64,000 bases of DNA from Phycisphaerales bacterium (GTDB taxonomy: Bacteria; Planctomycetota; Phycisphaerae; Phycisphaerales; UBA1924): positions 6-64,005 of the forward strand of contig JALUWX010000045.1 of assembly GCA_027019265.1 (NCBI GenBank), read 5' to 3'. The position numbers were made by a program, and so were the translations under genes. Shown here piece after piece: positions 49,795 to 59,398 of this stretch. The notes under the pieces were generated by a model, which did no database searches, was not told where the DNA came from, and saw nothing but the letters and a program-made list of their open reading frames with translations. Numbering within the stretch: position 1 is the stretch's first letter; every line of letters starts with the position of its first letter.

Positions 49795-50580
49795 ATGGGT
49801 GAGGATCGGCCGACAACTCCGGGGTTTGGGGCGCAGGGGCGGGAGAACCGGGGGGACCGGGATGGGGTATTGCACCCGGCGCGGGAGATCACGGTCGAGA
49901 ACGCCCGCCTGCTGGATCGGCTCTGCACGGAGGAGTTCGGGATCCCTTCGATCGTGCTGATGGAGAACGCGGCGAGGTCGCTTCTTGATGCGTGTCTCCG
50001 GATGCTGAGGGGGCTCGATCGGGACGAGTGCTGGGTGGTGTGCGGGCCTGGGAACAACGGGGGTGACGGGTACGCGCTTGCCCGTTTATTGCTCGGGGCG
50101 GGGGTTCACACACATGTCTTTGCGACTCATTCTCAACTTGAGCCACCGATCGATGCTCGGATGAATCTCAAAACGCTCCGCGCGATGGGGATTGAGATCC
50201 GGGGTGTTGACATGATGGCTTTACCCCAAGCGCCCGTGCTCATCGTGGACTGTGTGTTCGGAACCGGGCTCACGCGTGCTCCCGAGGGTGTTTCGCTCCA
50301 GGCGATCGAACGGATCAACGAGTCGAGGGCGCTTGGATCGAGTGTGTTGTCATGCGATATCCCCTCCGGGCTCAACGCGACGACGGGAGACATCTTCGTG
50401 GAAAGCGGGTGTATCCGAGCGGATCGGACGGTGACGTTCGTCGCACCGAAGCCCGGGATGGCTCGGATCGACGCGCAGGGGTTCATCGGGGAGCTCGAGG
50501 TTGGAACGATCGGTGCGCCGATCGGGCTCGTCGAGCGATTGTGTACATTGATCGATCCATCTCCGGATCGTGAATCTTGA
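49795..50580 (+). CDS. nnrE: NAD(P)H-hydrate epimerase (YjeF N-terminal domain protein)
   Basis: IPSIVLMENAARS and VVCGPGNNGGDGYALARLL motifs. Only the epimerase domain is present. Confidence 0.8.
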   Translation: MGEDRPTTPGFGAQGRENRGDRDGVLHPAREITVENARLLDRLCTEEFGIPSIVLMENAARSLLDACLRMLRGLDRDECWVVCGPGNNGGDGYALARLLLGAGVHTHVFATHSQLEPPIDARMNLKTLRAMGIEIRGVDMMALPQAPVLIVDCVFGTGLTRAPEGVSLQAIERINESRALGSSVLSCDIPSGLNATTGDIFVESGCIRADRTVTFVAPKPGMARIDAQGFIGELEVGTIGAPIGLVERLCTLIDPSPDRES

Positions 50581-50633
50581 TCGATTCGAATTCGTATGGA
50601 ACCAGACCTAGAATGGGTTCGCATACGTAAGGA

Positions 50634-51080
50634 ATGGATCGCATGTACGTCCAAATGGAGCTTTCACGGATACTCATCCGCGAACAGCGGCACGAACAGA
50701 TCATCGAACTCCGGGAAACCGACCCGGAGGCCGGCGAATCCCCACGCTCGTTCCCGATCGTCATCGGGATCGTCGAAGCGGACGCGATCCGGCGTCGGCT
50801 TGAGCACATCGAGCTCCCGAGGCCCATGACCCACGACCTGCTCGGGTCGGTGATCGACGGGCTGGGAGCCAAGCTGGATGCGATCTCGATCGTGGATCTG
50901 GTGAACGGCGCGTTCATCGCGCGGCTGAATCTGTCGAAGGACAGCGGAGAGCGGGTCGCGATCGACGCTCGTCCCTCCGATGCGATCGCGCTGGGCGCGG
51001 CACTTGATGTCCCCATCTTCGTTGCGGATCATGTGATCGAACAAGCCGTGCTGAAAGCGCCCGGGCAGAGCGACGACTGA
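50634..51080 (+). CDS. Bifunctional nuclease (BFN/DUF151) domain protein
   Basis: FPIVIGIVEADAI...PRPMTHDLL...AFIARL...IDARPSDAIALGAALDVPIFV matches the BFN domain pattern. The true start may be the ATG at 50643 or 50655. Confidence 0.75.
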   Translation: MDRMYVQMELSRILIREQRHEQIIELRETDPEAGESPRSFPIVIGIVEADAIRRRLEHIELPRPMTHDLLGSVIDGLGAKLDAISIVDLVNGAFIARLNLSKDSGERVAIDARPSDAIALGAALDVPIFVADHVIEQAVLKAPGQSDD

Positions 51081-52405
51081 TGGAACACACCATGCTCCCA
51101 GACTTTGACGCGGGGCTCGAAGCCCCTGTGTATCTCACGCGCGAGATCGAGGGGATCGGTGGGGAGATCAAAGCGCGCCCCGAGGATTTCCTGGTCCAGG
51201 AGCTCCCGCTCTACCCGCCCTCGGGGGAGGGTGAGCACATCTACCTGTATGTCGAGAAACGGATGCTCTCGACGTTGCAGCTCCGGGACTCGATCGCTCG
51301 GCACTTCCGGGTGAACCGGAATGCGATCGGTCACGCGGGGCTCAAGGACAAGCACGCGATCACCCAGCAGGTGATCTCGGTCCACACACCCGGAAAGACC
51401 CCCGAAGACTTCCCCAGCTTCCAGCACGATCGAGCCCGGGTGCTGTGGGTGGACATGCACACGAATAAGCTGGGGCGGGGTCATCTCAGCGGAAATCGGT
51501 TCTCGATCAAGGTGCGCGGGGTGGACCCGACCCACGTGATGCGCGCGCAGAAGGCGCTGATGTTGCTGAGTGAGCGCGGGTGTCCGAACCGGTTCGGGCC
51601 TCAGCGGTTCGGGTATCTGCTCAACAACCACCTTGTGGGACGGGCGCTGATCCTGGGGGATCATCAGCTCGCGCTTGATCTGTTGTTGTCCCCGCACGAG
51701 GGGTCACCCAAGGGTCAGCTCGATGCGCGGGAGGCGTATGCGCGGGGGGACTACGGGGGGGCGGCCGCTCGGATGCACAAGGTGTTCAAGGTCGAGTGCC
51801 GGGCGCTCAGGGCGCTCGCGCGGGGCGCGAGCGCGGAGGAAGCGATGGGGGTCGTGGATCCGACAGCGGCCGGGTTCTACATCTCGTCGTTCCAGTCGGC
51901 GATTTTCAACCAGGTGCTCAACGAGCGCGTGATCGAGGGGACCCACGACACGCTCGTCGAGGGGGATGTCGCGACGTCGCTGAGCGGGAAGTACACGTTC
52001 CATGTGGACTCCCTTACACGGGACGAACCGGAGGTGGCGAAGGGGCTCCAGGAGCACACGATCGGTCCCAGCGGACCCATGTGGGGGACGTCGATGGAGC
52101 GCGCCAGGGGCGAAATCGGGGAGCGGGAGCACCAAGCCCTTGTCAGGACAGGTCTTTCAACCAAAGATCTGGAATCGTGCGAGTCGCGCGACTCGTTCCC
52201 GATGATCGGCGGATCCCGGCGTCCGATGCGGATTCCGGTGATTTCCCCCGAGGTCGAGGGCGGAGTCGATGAGCACGGCGCATACATCCGATGCGCGTTC
52301 GAGCTTCCCAAGGGCTCGTTCGCGACGACGGTGATGGACGAGATCATGAAGCTTGATCCGGGATCGCCGGTCGAAGCATCGCAGGAGACTTCGAGCCATG
52401 AGTGA
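51080..52405 (+). CDS. truD: tRNA pseudouridine synthase D
   Basis: PEDFLVQELP, GEGEHIYLYVEK, GHAGLKDKHAITQQ (catalytic Asp context), GNRFSIKVR and PNRFGPQRFG. Confidence 0.9.
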   Translation: MEHTMLPDFDAGLEAPVYLTREIEGIGGEIKARPEDFLVQELPLYPPSGEGEHIYLYVEKRMLSTLQLRDSIARHFRVNRNAIGHAGLKDKHAITQQVISVHTPGKTPEDFPSFQHDRARVLWVDMHTNKLGRGHLSGNRFSIKVRGVDPTHVMRAQKALMLLSERGCPNRFGPQRFGYLLNNHLVGRALILGDHQLALDLLLSPHEGSPKGQLDAREAYARGDYGGAAARMHKVFKVECRALRALARGASAEEAMGVVDPTAAGFYISSFQSAIFNQVLNERVIEGTHDTLVEGDVATSLSGKYTFHVDSLTRDEPEVAKGLQEHTIGPSGPMWGTSMERARGEIGEREHQALVRTGLSTKDLESCESRDSFPMIGGSRRPMRIPVISPEVEGGVDEHGAYIRCAFELPKGSFATTVMDEIMKLDPGSPVEASQETSSHE

Positions 52406-53042
52406 CAACATCACACACATCTGCTTCGACTGGGGCGGCGTGATCCTGAAGATCTGTCGATCGTGGGAAGAGGGGTGCGATCAGGCCGGGATCAAGGCCC
52501 CCAACAAGAAGCTCAGCACCAAGTGCTACAAGAAGCTCAAATCGCTTGAGCCCCGCTACCAGACGGGTCAGATGAGCGATAAAGCGTACTTCAAGGCGAT
52601 TTCGCGCGAGTGCGAAGAGTTCCACTCGATCGAGGAAGTCGCGGCCGTCCACGATGCGTGGCTCATCGAGGAATACGAAGGGGTGGACGAACTGATCGAC
52701 GAGCTCAACGAGTTCGGGGATCTGACGGTCGGGCTGTTCTCGAACACGAACGCGCTCCACTGGGCGCGGATGGAAGAGGACTTCCAGACGGCGTCCCGGA
52801 TCGAGCACCGTCACGCTTCGCACCTCTTCGGGCTCGCGAAGCCCGACGAGAAGGCGTTCGCGGCGTATGAGCGCCGGGTCGGCGCGGCCGGTCAGCAGAT
52901 CCTGTTCTTCGATGACTCCCCCGAGAACATCAAGGGCGCGACGGACTTCGGGTGGATCGCGAAAAAGATCGATCACACCAAGGGCACGGCGAACCAGATC
53001 CGGGCGCACCTCGAGAAGCTGTCGATCCTCGAGCCCGCTTGA
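52398..53042 (+). CDS. HAD-superfamily hydrolase (YihX-like motif I)
   Basis: Motif I: ICFDWGGVIL. Later SNTN and FFDDSPENIKGA are typical of HAD subfamily IA. The ATG at 52398 overlaps the truD stop. Confidence 0.75.
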   Translation: MSDNITHICFDWGGVILKICRSWEEGCDQAGIKAPNKKLSTKCYKKLKSLEPRYQTGQMSDKAYFKAISRECEEFHSIEEVAAVHDAWLIEEYEGVDELIDELNEFGDLTVGLFSNTNALHWARMEEDFQTASRIEHRHASHLFGLAKPDEKAFAAYERRVGAAGQQILFFDDSPENIKGATDFGWIAKKIDHTKGTANQIRAHLEKLSILEPA

Positions 53043-53064
53043 TCCGCTCGTTCGGACTCCCTGA

Positions 53065-54078
53065 TTACTTGCTGAGTTCGTCGTAGACCGCGCCGATGGC
53101 GCGTTCGCGGATCTGTTCGAACCCGAGCCCGTCCATGAACCCCCAGCTCATGGCTTGGGTTTCTTCCTTGGATTTCCCCGAGTCGATCGCGCGTTGGACT
53201 TCATCGATGATGGATTCGAGGTAGCGGATCTGCGCGTCGATCGAGGCGCGATCCCCGATGGGGCCATGCCCCGGGATGACGATGGTGTCGGAATCGCAGA
53301 GCTCCCGGGTGTGCTTGAGTGAGACGATCCATCCCTTCGCGGAGTATCCGCCTTCGGGATCAAAGAATGGGTGGAGGGTGTTGAAGACGAGGTCCCCCGT
53401 GTGGAGGACGTTCCGGTCGGGGAGATGGACGACGACGTCGTTGTCGGTGTGCCCAGCGCCGAAGTGATGGAGCTCGACCTTGGTGGCTCCGATCGTGATT
53501 GTTTCGTTCGAACCGATCGAGCTGTGGGGCGCGATGTCGTTGGTCGTGAGCGCATCGGACTCGTCCGCGGCTTTGGCGGCGAGTTCGAGGAGACGGGGGT
53601 CGGCATCCTTCATCCGCCCGACCTGGGCCGGGCCTCCCTGTGCGCCGAGTTTCATCCGATCGAGCTGGGCTTCGATGCGTGGGATCGCGTTTTTGTGCGC
53701 GTAGCTCTTGGACGCGTTGGGGACGATGAACCCATTCCCGCTGGTGTGATCCCCGTGGTGGTGTGTGTTGACGAGGGTGAGGGAGCTTTCCCCGGAGCTC
53801 AGGGTGTGCGCGTCCGCGACGAGCGCGTAGGCGAGGTGCGCGAACTTTGTATCGACGAGGAGGACACCCGGGCCGTCGGCGACGACCATGGTGTTCCCCC
53901 CGAGGGAGAGGTCCGCGATGGCATGGATCCCTTCGGAGAGCTCGGTCCAAGGGAGGATGGTGCTCGCGCGGACCCGGGTCATCGCGCCGAGCGCTCTGGT
54001 CGGGACGAGGGTGAGCGCGGCTGCTGTGCCGGTAAGCACGAGGAAGGAGCGGCGGGTCAGGGTCGGGTGGTCGAGCAT
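53065..54078 (-). CDS. Exported metallo-beta-lactamase-fold hydrolase (twin-arginine signal)
   Basis: Tat-like signal TRRSFLVLTGTAAALTLVPTRALG. HHHGDH zinc motif. Later HFGAGHTDND and PGHG. Confidence 0.8.
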   Translation of the reverse strand: MLDHPTLTRRSFLVLTGTAAALTLVPTRALGAMTRVRASTILPWTELSEGIHAIADLSLGGNTMVVADGPGVLLVDTKFAHLAYALVADAHTLSSGESSLTLVNTHHHGDHTSGNGFIVPNASKSYAHKNAIPRIEAQLDRMKLGAQGGPAQVGRMKDADPRLLELAAKAADESDALTTNDIAPHSSIGSNETITIGATKVELHHFGAGHTDNDVVVHLPDRNVLHTGDLVFNTLHPFFDPEGGYSAKGWIVSLKHTRELCDSDTIVIPGHGPIGDRASIDAQIRYLESIIDEVQRAIDSGKSKEETQAMSWGFMDGLGFEQIRERAIGAVYDELSK

Positions 54079-54209
54079 GGGGGAACTCCTGTGGATGGGC
54101 GCGGCGCGCGTCGTCGGATGTCTCAGGCTAGCATCGTGCCCGCGCGAGGCGCGGATCCGCACCCCGAACCAAACGCCGCCCGAATCCGCGGCATTCCCGA
54201 GATTGTCCC

Positions 54210-54776
54210 ATGAAAGCGAACGAGATCCGTCCCGGAAACGCCCTGAACCTCAACGGCAAGCTCTATGTCGTCACGAACATCGCGCACACGAAGCCCGGGA
54301 AGGGCCCTGCGTACATCCAAGTGAAGATGCGGGCCGTGGACGGATCGGGGACGACGGAAAAGCGGTTCTCCGGATCGGATGTGGTCGATGGCGCGACCCT
54401 GGATCGTCGTGAGATGGAGTTCCTGTACCCCGACGGCGCGGGTGGTGGGACGTTCATGGACACGACGGATTACGACCAGGTCGAGCTGACGGGTGAACTC
54501 CTCGGGGACGCGCTGCTGTACCTTGCGCCGAACACCTCGTGCACGATCCTGTTCCACGACGAGAAGCCCGTGAGTGTTGAGCTCCCCGCTTCGGTCGTGG
54601 TCACGGTCACGGACACCCCTCCCGGGATCAAGGGCGCGACGGCGACGAACCAGCTCAAGGAAGCGGAGTGCGATACCGGGCTCAAGACCCGTGTTCCCCC
54701 GTTCATCACGAACGACGAGAAGATCAAGGTCTCGACCGAGGACGGATCGTACATCTCGCGCGTCAAGGACGAGTGA
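54210..54776 (+). CDS. efp: Translation elongation factor P
   Basis: MKANEIRPGNALNLNGKLYVV...HTKPGKGPAYIQVKMR with the conserved Lys loop. It has the three-domain length. Confidence 0.93.
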   Translation: MKANEIRPGNALNLNGKLYVVTNIAHTKPGKGPAYIQVKMRAVDGSGTTEKRFSGSDVVDGATLDRREMEFLYPDGAGGGTFMDTTDYDQVELTGELLGDALLYLAPNTSCTILFHDEKPVSVELPASVVVTVTDTPPGIKGATATNQLKEAECDTGLKTRVPPFITNDEKIKVSTEDGSYISRVKDE

Positions 54777-55321
54777 TCGTGGATGAGCCGACGATCGTGC
54801 TCATCGGGCTGCGCTGCGCGGGCAAAACCATGCACGGCGCGGCGCTCGCGACAGCGCTCGGGGGCGCGTTCGAGGATCTGGACGAACTCGCGGCGAAATC
54901 GCTCGGGTGTGCGCACCCGGGCGAAGCGATCGAGCAGCACGGGCTCGACGGGTTCCGTCGCGCGGAGTCGGACACGCTGAAGTCAGCGCTGGAGAATCCC
55001 CCGAGGGTGCTCGCGCTTGGTGGGGGCGCCCCCACCGCTCCCGGCGCTTCGGAGATGCTGACGGCGGCACAGCAAGACCGGCAAATCAAGATTTTCTATC
55101 TCCGGGCGCGTCCCGAGACGCTCCGGGAACGGATGTCCACAAGCGACAACGCGCATCGGCCTTCGTTGACGGGCGCGGACGCGCTCGACGAGATCGCGAC
55201 GCTGTTTGCGCAGCGGGATCCGTTGTATTCGGAGCTCGCGGAATCGATCATCGAAACGGACAACGTGAGCCACGCGAGTGTGGTGCGGGTGCTCGTGGCG
55301 CTGTCCACAACGCCGGCATAA
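54773..55321 (+). CDS. aroK: Shikimate kinase
   Basis: P-loop GLRCAGKT, DLDE, FRRAE, LALGGG and the LRER context. The GTG at 54773 overlaps the efp stop (GTGA). The start is uncertain. Confidence 0.75.
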   Translation: MIVDEPTIVLIGLRCAGKTMHGAALATALGGAFEDLDELAAKSLGCAHPGEAIEQHGLDGFRRAESDTLKSALENPPRVLALGGGAPTAPGASEMLTAAQQDRQIKIFYLRARPETLRERMSTSDNAHRPSLTGADALDEIATLFAQRDPLYSELAESIIETDNVSHASVVRVLVALSTTPA

Positions 55322-55330
55322 CCCCGATCA

Positions 55331-55972
55331 TCAATCGAGGGCGTAGGTCTCGAGGTCCGCGCGTCGGACGGCGTCGCACAACGCGGCGATCTTGTCGGGG
55401 TCCTTGATCCCGGGTTCGGACTCGACCCCGGAGGAGACATCGATCCCGTAGGGACGGAGGGCGCGGATCGCGTCTCCGGCGTTGTCGGGACCGAGACCCC
55501 CGGCGACGATGAGGGGGACCTCGAGTTCTTCGACCTTGGGCGCGAGCTCGGACCAATCGAACGAGGTGCCTTCGCCGCCGTCGGAGCCGTCGATGAGGAG
55601 TGCGGCGACTTCCTCGACCTTGGTCCAGCGCGCGAGCTGGGACTCGATCGTCGCTGGTTCGTATTTGAAGGCCTTGATCGCCGGGGTGCATTGCTTCACG
55701 ACATCGACGGGCTCTTTCCCGTGGAGCTGGAAGTAGTGCGCGGGGCAGCGTTGTTCGAGTTCGCAGAACTGGTCCACACTCAGGTCCCGGACGACCCCGA
55801 CGGTCGTCACGAACGGGGGGAGCGCGTCCATGATGAGGGCCGCTTCCTCGGGCTCGATGAATCTCGGTGTGTCCTCGACGAAGACGAAACCGATCGCATC
55901 AGCGCCGCAGGCGATGGCGGCGATCGCGTCGTCGATGGAGGTGATGCCGCAGACTTTGATACGGGTACGCAT
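55331..55972 (-). CDS. trpF: Phosphoribosylanthranilate isomerase
   Basis: IKVCGITS, ADAIGFVF, QLHG, LIDGSDGG-GTSFDW, VAGGL and GIDVSSGVE. Confidence 0.9.
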   Translation of the reverse strand: MRTRIKVCGITSIDDAIAAIACGADAIGFVFVEDTPRFIEPEEAALIMDALPPFVTTVGVVRDLSVDQFCELEQRCPAHYFQLHGKEPVDVVKQCTPAIKAFKYEPATIESQLARWTKVEEVAALLIDGSDGGEGTSFDWSELAPKVEELEVPLIVAGGLGPDNAGDAIRALRPYGIDVSSGVESEPGIKDPDKIAALCDAVRRADLETYALD

Positions 55973-55978
55973 GGGGGT

Positions 55979-57121
55979 TCAGCCTTTCGCGCGGATGGTG
56001 TCGAGCTCGCGCTGCGCGAGGGGGATGATGTCGTCGTTTCCGGATTGTTCGATGACCTGCTTGAGGATCTCGATCGCGCCGTCCTTGTCCGAGTCGGCGC
56101 GGAGCCTTGCGATGATGATCCGGATCACATCGCGTTCGGGGTCGCTCGGGTATTCGCTCAGGAGGGCTTCGTAGGCGCTGCGCGCGTGGGTGTGATCACC
56201 CCGGGTGAAGAGGTGGTTCGCGATCTGGTACTGCGCTTCGCGATGGAGGGTGGTGTTGTACTTGGGTTCGTGGAACCGATCGACCATGACGAGGTAGCGG
56301 TCCGCGGCGTCGTCCAGGTTCCCTTCGCTGACGCGCTGCGCGACCTGGGAACGGATCTGCGCGAGTTCCTCGGCGATGGGGTCCGGTTTCGACACGGACT
56401 TCATGGGTCTGGGGGTCGAGGTCCGGGTGACGGACTGGAACTGGCGCTTCCTGTTCTTCTGTTTCATGATCGAGAAGAGGTCGTAGGGCTCTCGGGGGAG
56501 GATGTGGGTCCCGAGGAGGACGAGCGCGACGAGGGAGCCGTAGACGTACCCCCCGAGGTGCGCGAGGTTCGCGATCCCGTTGTCGGGGGTGAAGGTCTGC
56601 GCGAGGAGGTCGAGGACGATGTAGAGCCCGATGAGCCACCAGGCCGGGACCTGCATGATGGAGATGATCCCGAGGAGCCAGATACACCTGATCCGGGTGT
56701 TCGGGAAGAGGACGAGGAAGGCGCCGGAGACGGCGGCGATGGCTCCGGAGGCGCCGATGGCGGGGCTCGCTGAGAATGCGGCGTGGGCGAGCCCTGAGCC
56801 GATCGCTCCGAAGAGGTAGAACGCGCTGAACCCCACCCGTCCGAAGCGGTCCTCGACGGGTGGGCCGAAGACGACGAGCGCGAGCATGTTCCCGAAGATG
56901 TGCCAGAAATCGGCGTGGAGGAAGGCGCTGGTGACGGGGGTCCACCAGTGGAGATCCCTCCCCCAGACGGCTCCGAAACGTTCCAGTGCTTCCGCGGATT
57001 CGGGGGCCATGGATCGGAGGAGGATCTGGACGATGAACACCCCCAGATTGATCCCGAAGAGGGCCGGGACGATCAGGGATCGTCTTTTCTTGGGTCGATC
57101 TGTGCCCAGTGGGATCAGCAC
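55979..57121 (-). CDS. Rhomboid-family intramembrane serine protease with a C-terminal TPR-like domain
   Basis: WWTPVTSAFLHADFWHIFGNM, GASGAI (catalytic Ser) and AHLGGYVYG (catalytic His). A helical C-terminal ~150 aa follows. There is no in-frame ATG near the N-terminus, so the GTG at 57121 is proposed. The rest of the 1120-aa track ORF is antisense to gltA and the GT10-like gene. Confidence 0.8.
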   Translation of the reverse strand: MLIPLGTDRPKKRRSLIVPALFGINLGVFIVQILLRSMAPESAEALERFGAVWGRDLHWWTPVTSAFLHADFWHIFGNMLALVVFGPPVEDRFGRVGFSAFYLFGAIGSGLAHAAFSASPAIGASGAIAAVSGAFLVLFPNTRIRCIWLLGIISIMQVPAWWLIGLYIVLDLLAQTFTPDNGIANLAHLGGYVYGSLVALVLLGTHILPREPYDLFSIMKQKNRKRQFQSVTRTSTPRPMKSVSKPDPIAEELAQIRSQVAQRVSEGNLDDAADRYLVMVDRFHEPKYNTTLHREAQYQIANHLFTRGDHTHARSAYEALLSEYPSDPERDVIRIIIARLRADSDKDGAIEILKQVIEQSGNDDIIPLAQRELDTIRAKG

Positions 57122-57244
57122 GAGCGATCGTACCCGCTGTTTGCGTCGTAGCGGGGTCGGGGTGCGGCCTATAGTCGAGTCTCGCGCGGATCTGGGCAGA
57201 TCCGCGCCCCCAGAGCGAGACCTGGATACGAAAGGCAAGAGCTG

Positions 57245-58387
57245 ATGAGCACCGCTTCGAGCACATTCTCCAAGGGCCTTGAGGGCGTTGTCGCCGCACA
57301 GACCGAGATGTCGTTCATCAACGGCACGGAGGGGATCCTGGAGTACGTCGGGATCTCGATCGGGGATCTCGCTTCGAAGAGCACGTTCGAGGAGACGGTG
57401 TTCCTCCTCTGGAACAAACGCCTCCCGACCCAGCCGGAGCTTGATGCGTTTACGAAGGAACTCCGGAGCGATTACGCGATGTGCGACGCACTCAAGGCGC
57501 GGATCCGGGCGCTCCCGAAGGACGCGCAGCCCATGCATGCGCTCCGCACGATCGTTTCGTCGATGGCGATGGACGACCCGAACCCGAACGAGAACAGCGT
57601 TGAAGCGGCGCGTCACAAGGCGCTCCGGATCCTCGCTGGTGCCCCCGCGGTGGTCGCCGCTTTCGATCGTCACCGTCGTGGTCTGGACATCGTCGAGCCC
57701 GACCAGTCGCTCTCGTTCTCCGCGAACTTCCTCTGGATGCTCAACGGCGAGAAGCCCACGGACGCGATGGTCCGCGCCTTCGACATCTGCATGATCACCC
57801 ACGCGGATCACGGGCTCAACAACTCGACCTTCACGGCGCGTGTGATCATCTCGACCCTGTCGGACATGTACTCCGCGATGACGGGCGCGATCGGCTCCCT
57901 GCGCGGGCCGCTCCACGGGGGCGCGAACGAGGGTGTGATGAAGATGCTCAACGAGATCCCCTCGCTGGATCAGGTCGAGCCCTACATCATGGACAAGATC
58001 AAGAACAAGGACCGGATCATGGGGTTCGGTCACCGGGTGTACAAAGCGAAGGACCCCCGCGCGGCGGAGCTGATGACCCTCGCGAAGCAGCTCGCGGACG
58101 ACACGGGCAACATGGACCTGTACGAGAAATCCCACGCGATCGAGCAGATCATGGAGCGCGAATACGCTTCGAAGGGGATCTACCCGAACGTCGATTTCTA
58201 CAGCGCGACGACGTACCACTGCATCGGTCTCCAACTCGACCTGTTCACCCCGATGTTCGCGCTGTCGCGCATCGCGGGCTGGGCGGGTCACGTGATCGAG
58301 CAGCTGAGCGACAACCGTCTGTACCGTCCGACGACGGACTACGTGGGGCCGCACAACGTGGCGTACACGGCGATCGAAGACCGCTGA
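57245..58387 (+). CDS. gltA: Citrate synthase
   Basis: GLEGVVAAQTEMSFI, ITHADHGLNNSTF, GPLHGGANE, MGFGHRVYK..DPR and NVDFYS. Confidence 0.93.
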   Translation: MSTASSTFSKGLEGVVAAQTEMSFINGTEGILEYVGISIGDLASKSTFEETVFLLWNKRLPTQPELDAFTKELRSDYAMCDALKARIRALPKDAQPMHALRTIVSSMAMDDPNPNENSVEAARHKALRILAGAPAVVAAFDRHRRGLDIVEPDQSLSFSANFLWMLNGEKPTDAMVRAFDICMITHADHGLNNSTFTARVIISTLSDMYSAMTGAIGSLRGPLHGGANEGVMKMLNEIPSLDQVEPYIMDKIKNKDRIMGFGHRVYKAKDPRAAELMTLAKQLADDTGNMDLYEKSHAIEQIMEREYASKGIYPNVDFYSATTYHCIGLQLDLFTPMFALSRIAGWAGHVIEQLSDNRLYRPTTDYVGPHNVAYTAIEDR

Positions 58388-58402
58388 TCCCGATCGGCCC
58401 TG

Positions 58403-59398
58403 ATGACTGACGATGCACGCACCAGCTCGGCTCGTCCGATCTCGGTCGGGGTCTTCGGCGATTACCAGCCCTGGGCTGATCTCTGGTTCAATCAATGCGA
58501 CCACCCGGGTGGACGGCACAAGGACATCGTGCTGCGCCCGGCGGATCGTGGCGCGGACCACGTGATCCTGATCGGGACCCCGCACGTGTACACCGTGGGG
58601 TCCAAGGTCTCGGGGGTGACCCGACGGATCGCGAAGCTCAAGGGCGCGCAGGATGCGGCGGAGCTCGAGCACGCGATGAACTTCATCGGGCGGGACCCGA
58701 GTGATGTAACGATGCTGTCGTACGAACCAAGGGACGCGTTCAGCGATGCATGGTTCGATGTCGCGAAGCGACGATGCGCCCGGGTGTACGCGCCCGAGGA
58801 CCGCGCGACTCATCCGATCATGCTCCCCGTGACGTGGAGCATGCACCACGGGCTCGAAGACTGGAAGCGCGCGGAACCGAACCACGATCGTCCGATCGGG
58901 CTCGGGTGTGTGACGAGCGGGAAGACGTTCTGGAAGGGTCATCGGGATCGGTTGGGGTTCATCGAGTTGCTCAACAAGTCTGGGGTGGATCTGGATCTCT
59001 TCGGGGGGTCGATCGATCCGGGGCTGTCCCCCCGTGGTCCCGTGCAGTGCAAATCGAACATCCTCCGCGCGGCGAGGTTCACGCTCGCGATCGAGAACAA
59101 CGCCGACGACGATCGGTACGTGACGGAGAAGCTCTGGGACCCGTTGCTGTGCTGGTCGCTCCCGATCTACTACGGATCGAAAGCGGCGGACGCGCTGATC
59201 CCGGGTGATGCGTTCGTGCGGATCCCGAGCCTGGACGCGCGGGGGGTCGAGGTGGTGCGCGAGACGATTTCCGATCCGTCGATCTGGGAGGCGCGGCTCG
59301 GCGCGATCCGTGAAGCACGAGAAAGGATCCTGGGGGAGCATCGGCTCATCGAGTGGATGAACCGAGTCGCGCTCGATGCGGTAGGATCGGGCTCATGA
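58403..59398 (+). CDS. GT10-like (fucosyltransferase-family) glycosyltransferase
   Basis: The C-terminal segment ARFTLAIENNADDDRYVTEKLWDPLLCWSLPIYYGS matches the conserved GT10 FxLxFEN....YxTEKxWD...G.IPxYxG motif. Confidence 0.65.
   Translation: MTDDARTSSARPISVGVFGDYQPWADLWFNQCDHPGGRHKDIVLRPADRGADHVILIGTPHVYTVGSKVSGVTRRIAKLKGAQDAAELEHAMNFIGRDPSDVTMLSYEPRDAFSDAWFDVAKRRCARVYAPEDRATHPIMLPVTWSMHHGLEDWKRAEPNHDRPIGLGCVTSGKTFWKGHRDRLGFIELLNKSGVDLDLFGGSIDPGLSPRGPVQCKSNILRAARFTLAIENNADDDRYVTEKLWDPLLCWSLPIYYGSKAADALIPGDAFVRIPSLDARGVEVVRETISDPSIWEARLGAIREARERILGEHRLIEWMNRVALDAVGSGS

Noticed and set aside
57122-59341. The upstream 740 codons of the 1120-aa minus-strand ORF (55979-59341).
   Set aside because: It is antisense to citrate synthase and the GT10-like gene, with Arg/Pro/His-rich composition. 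The rhomboid protease occupies only 55979-57121.
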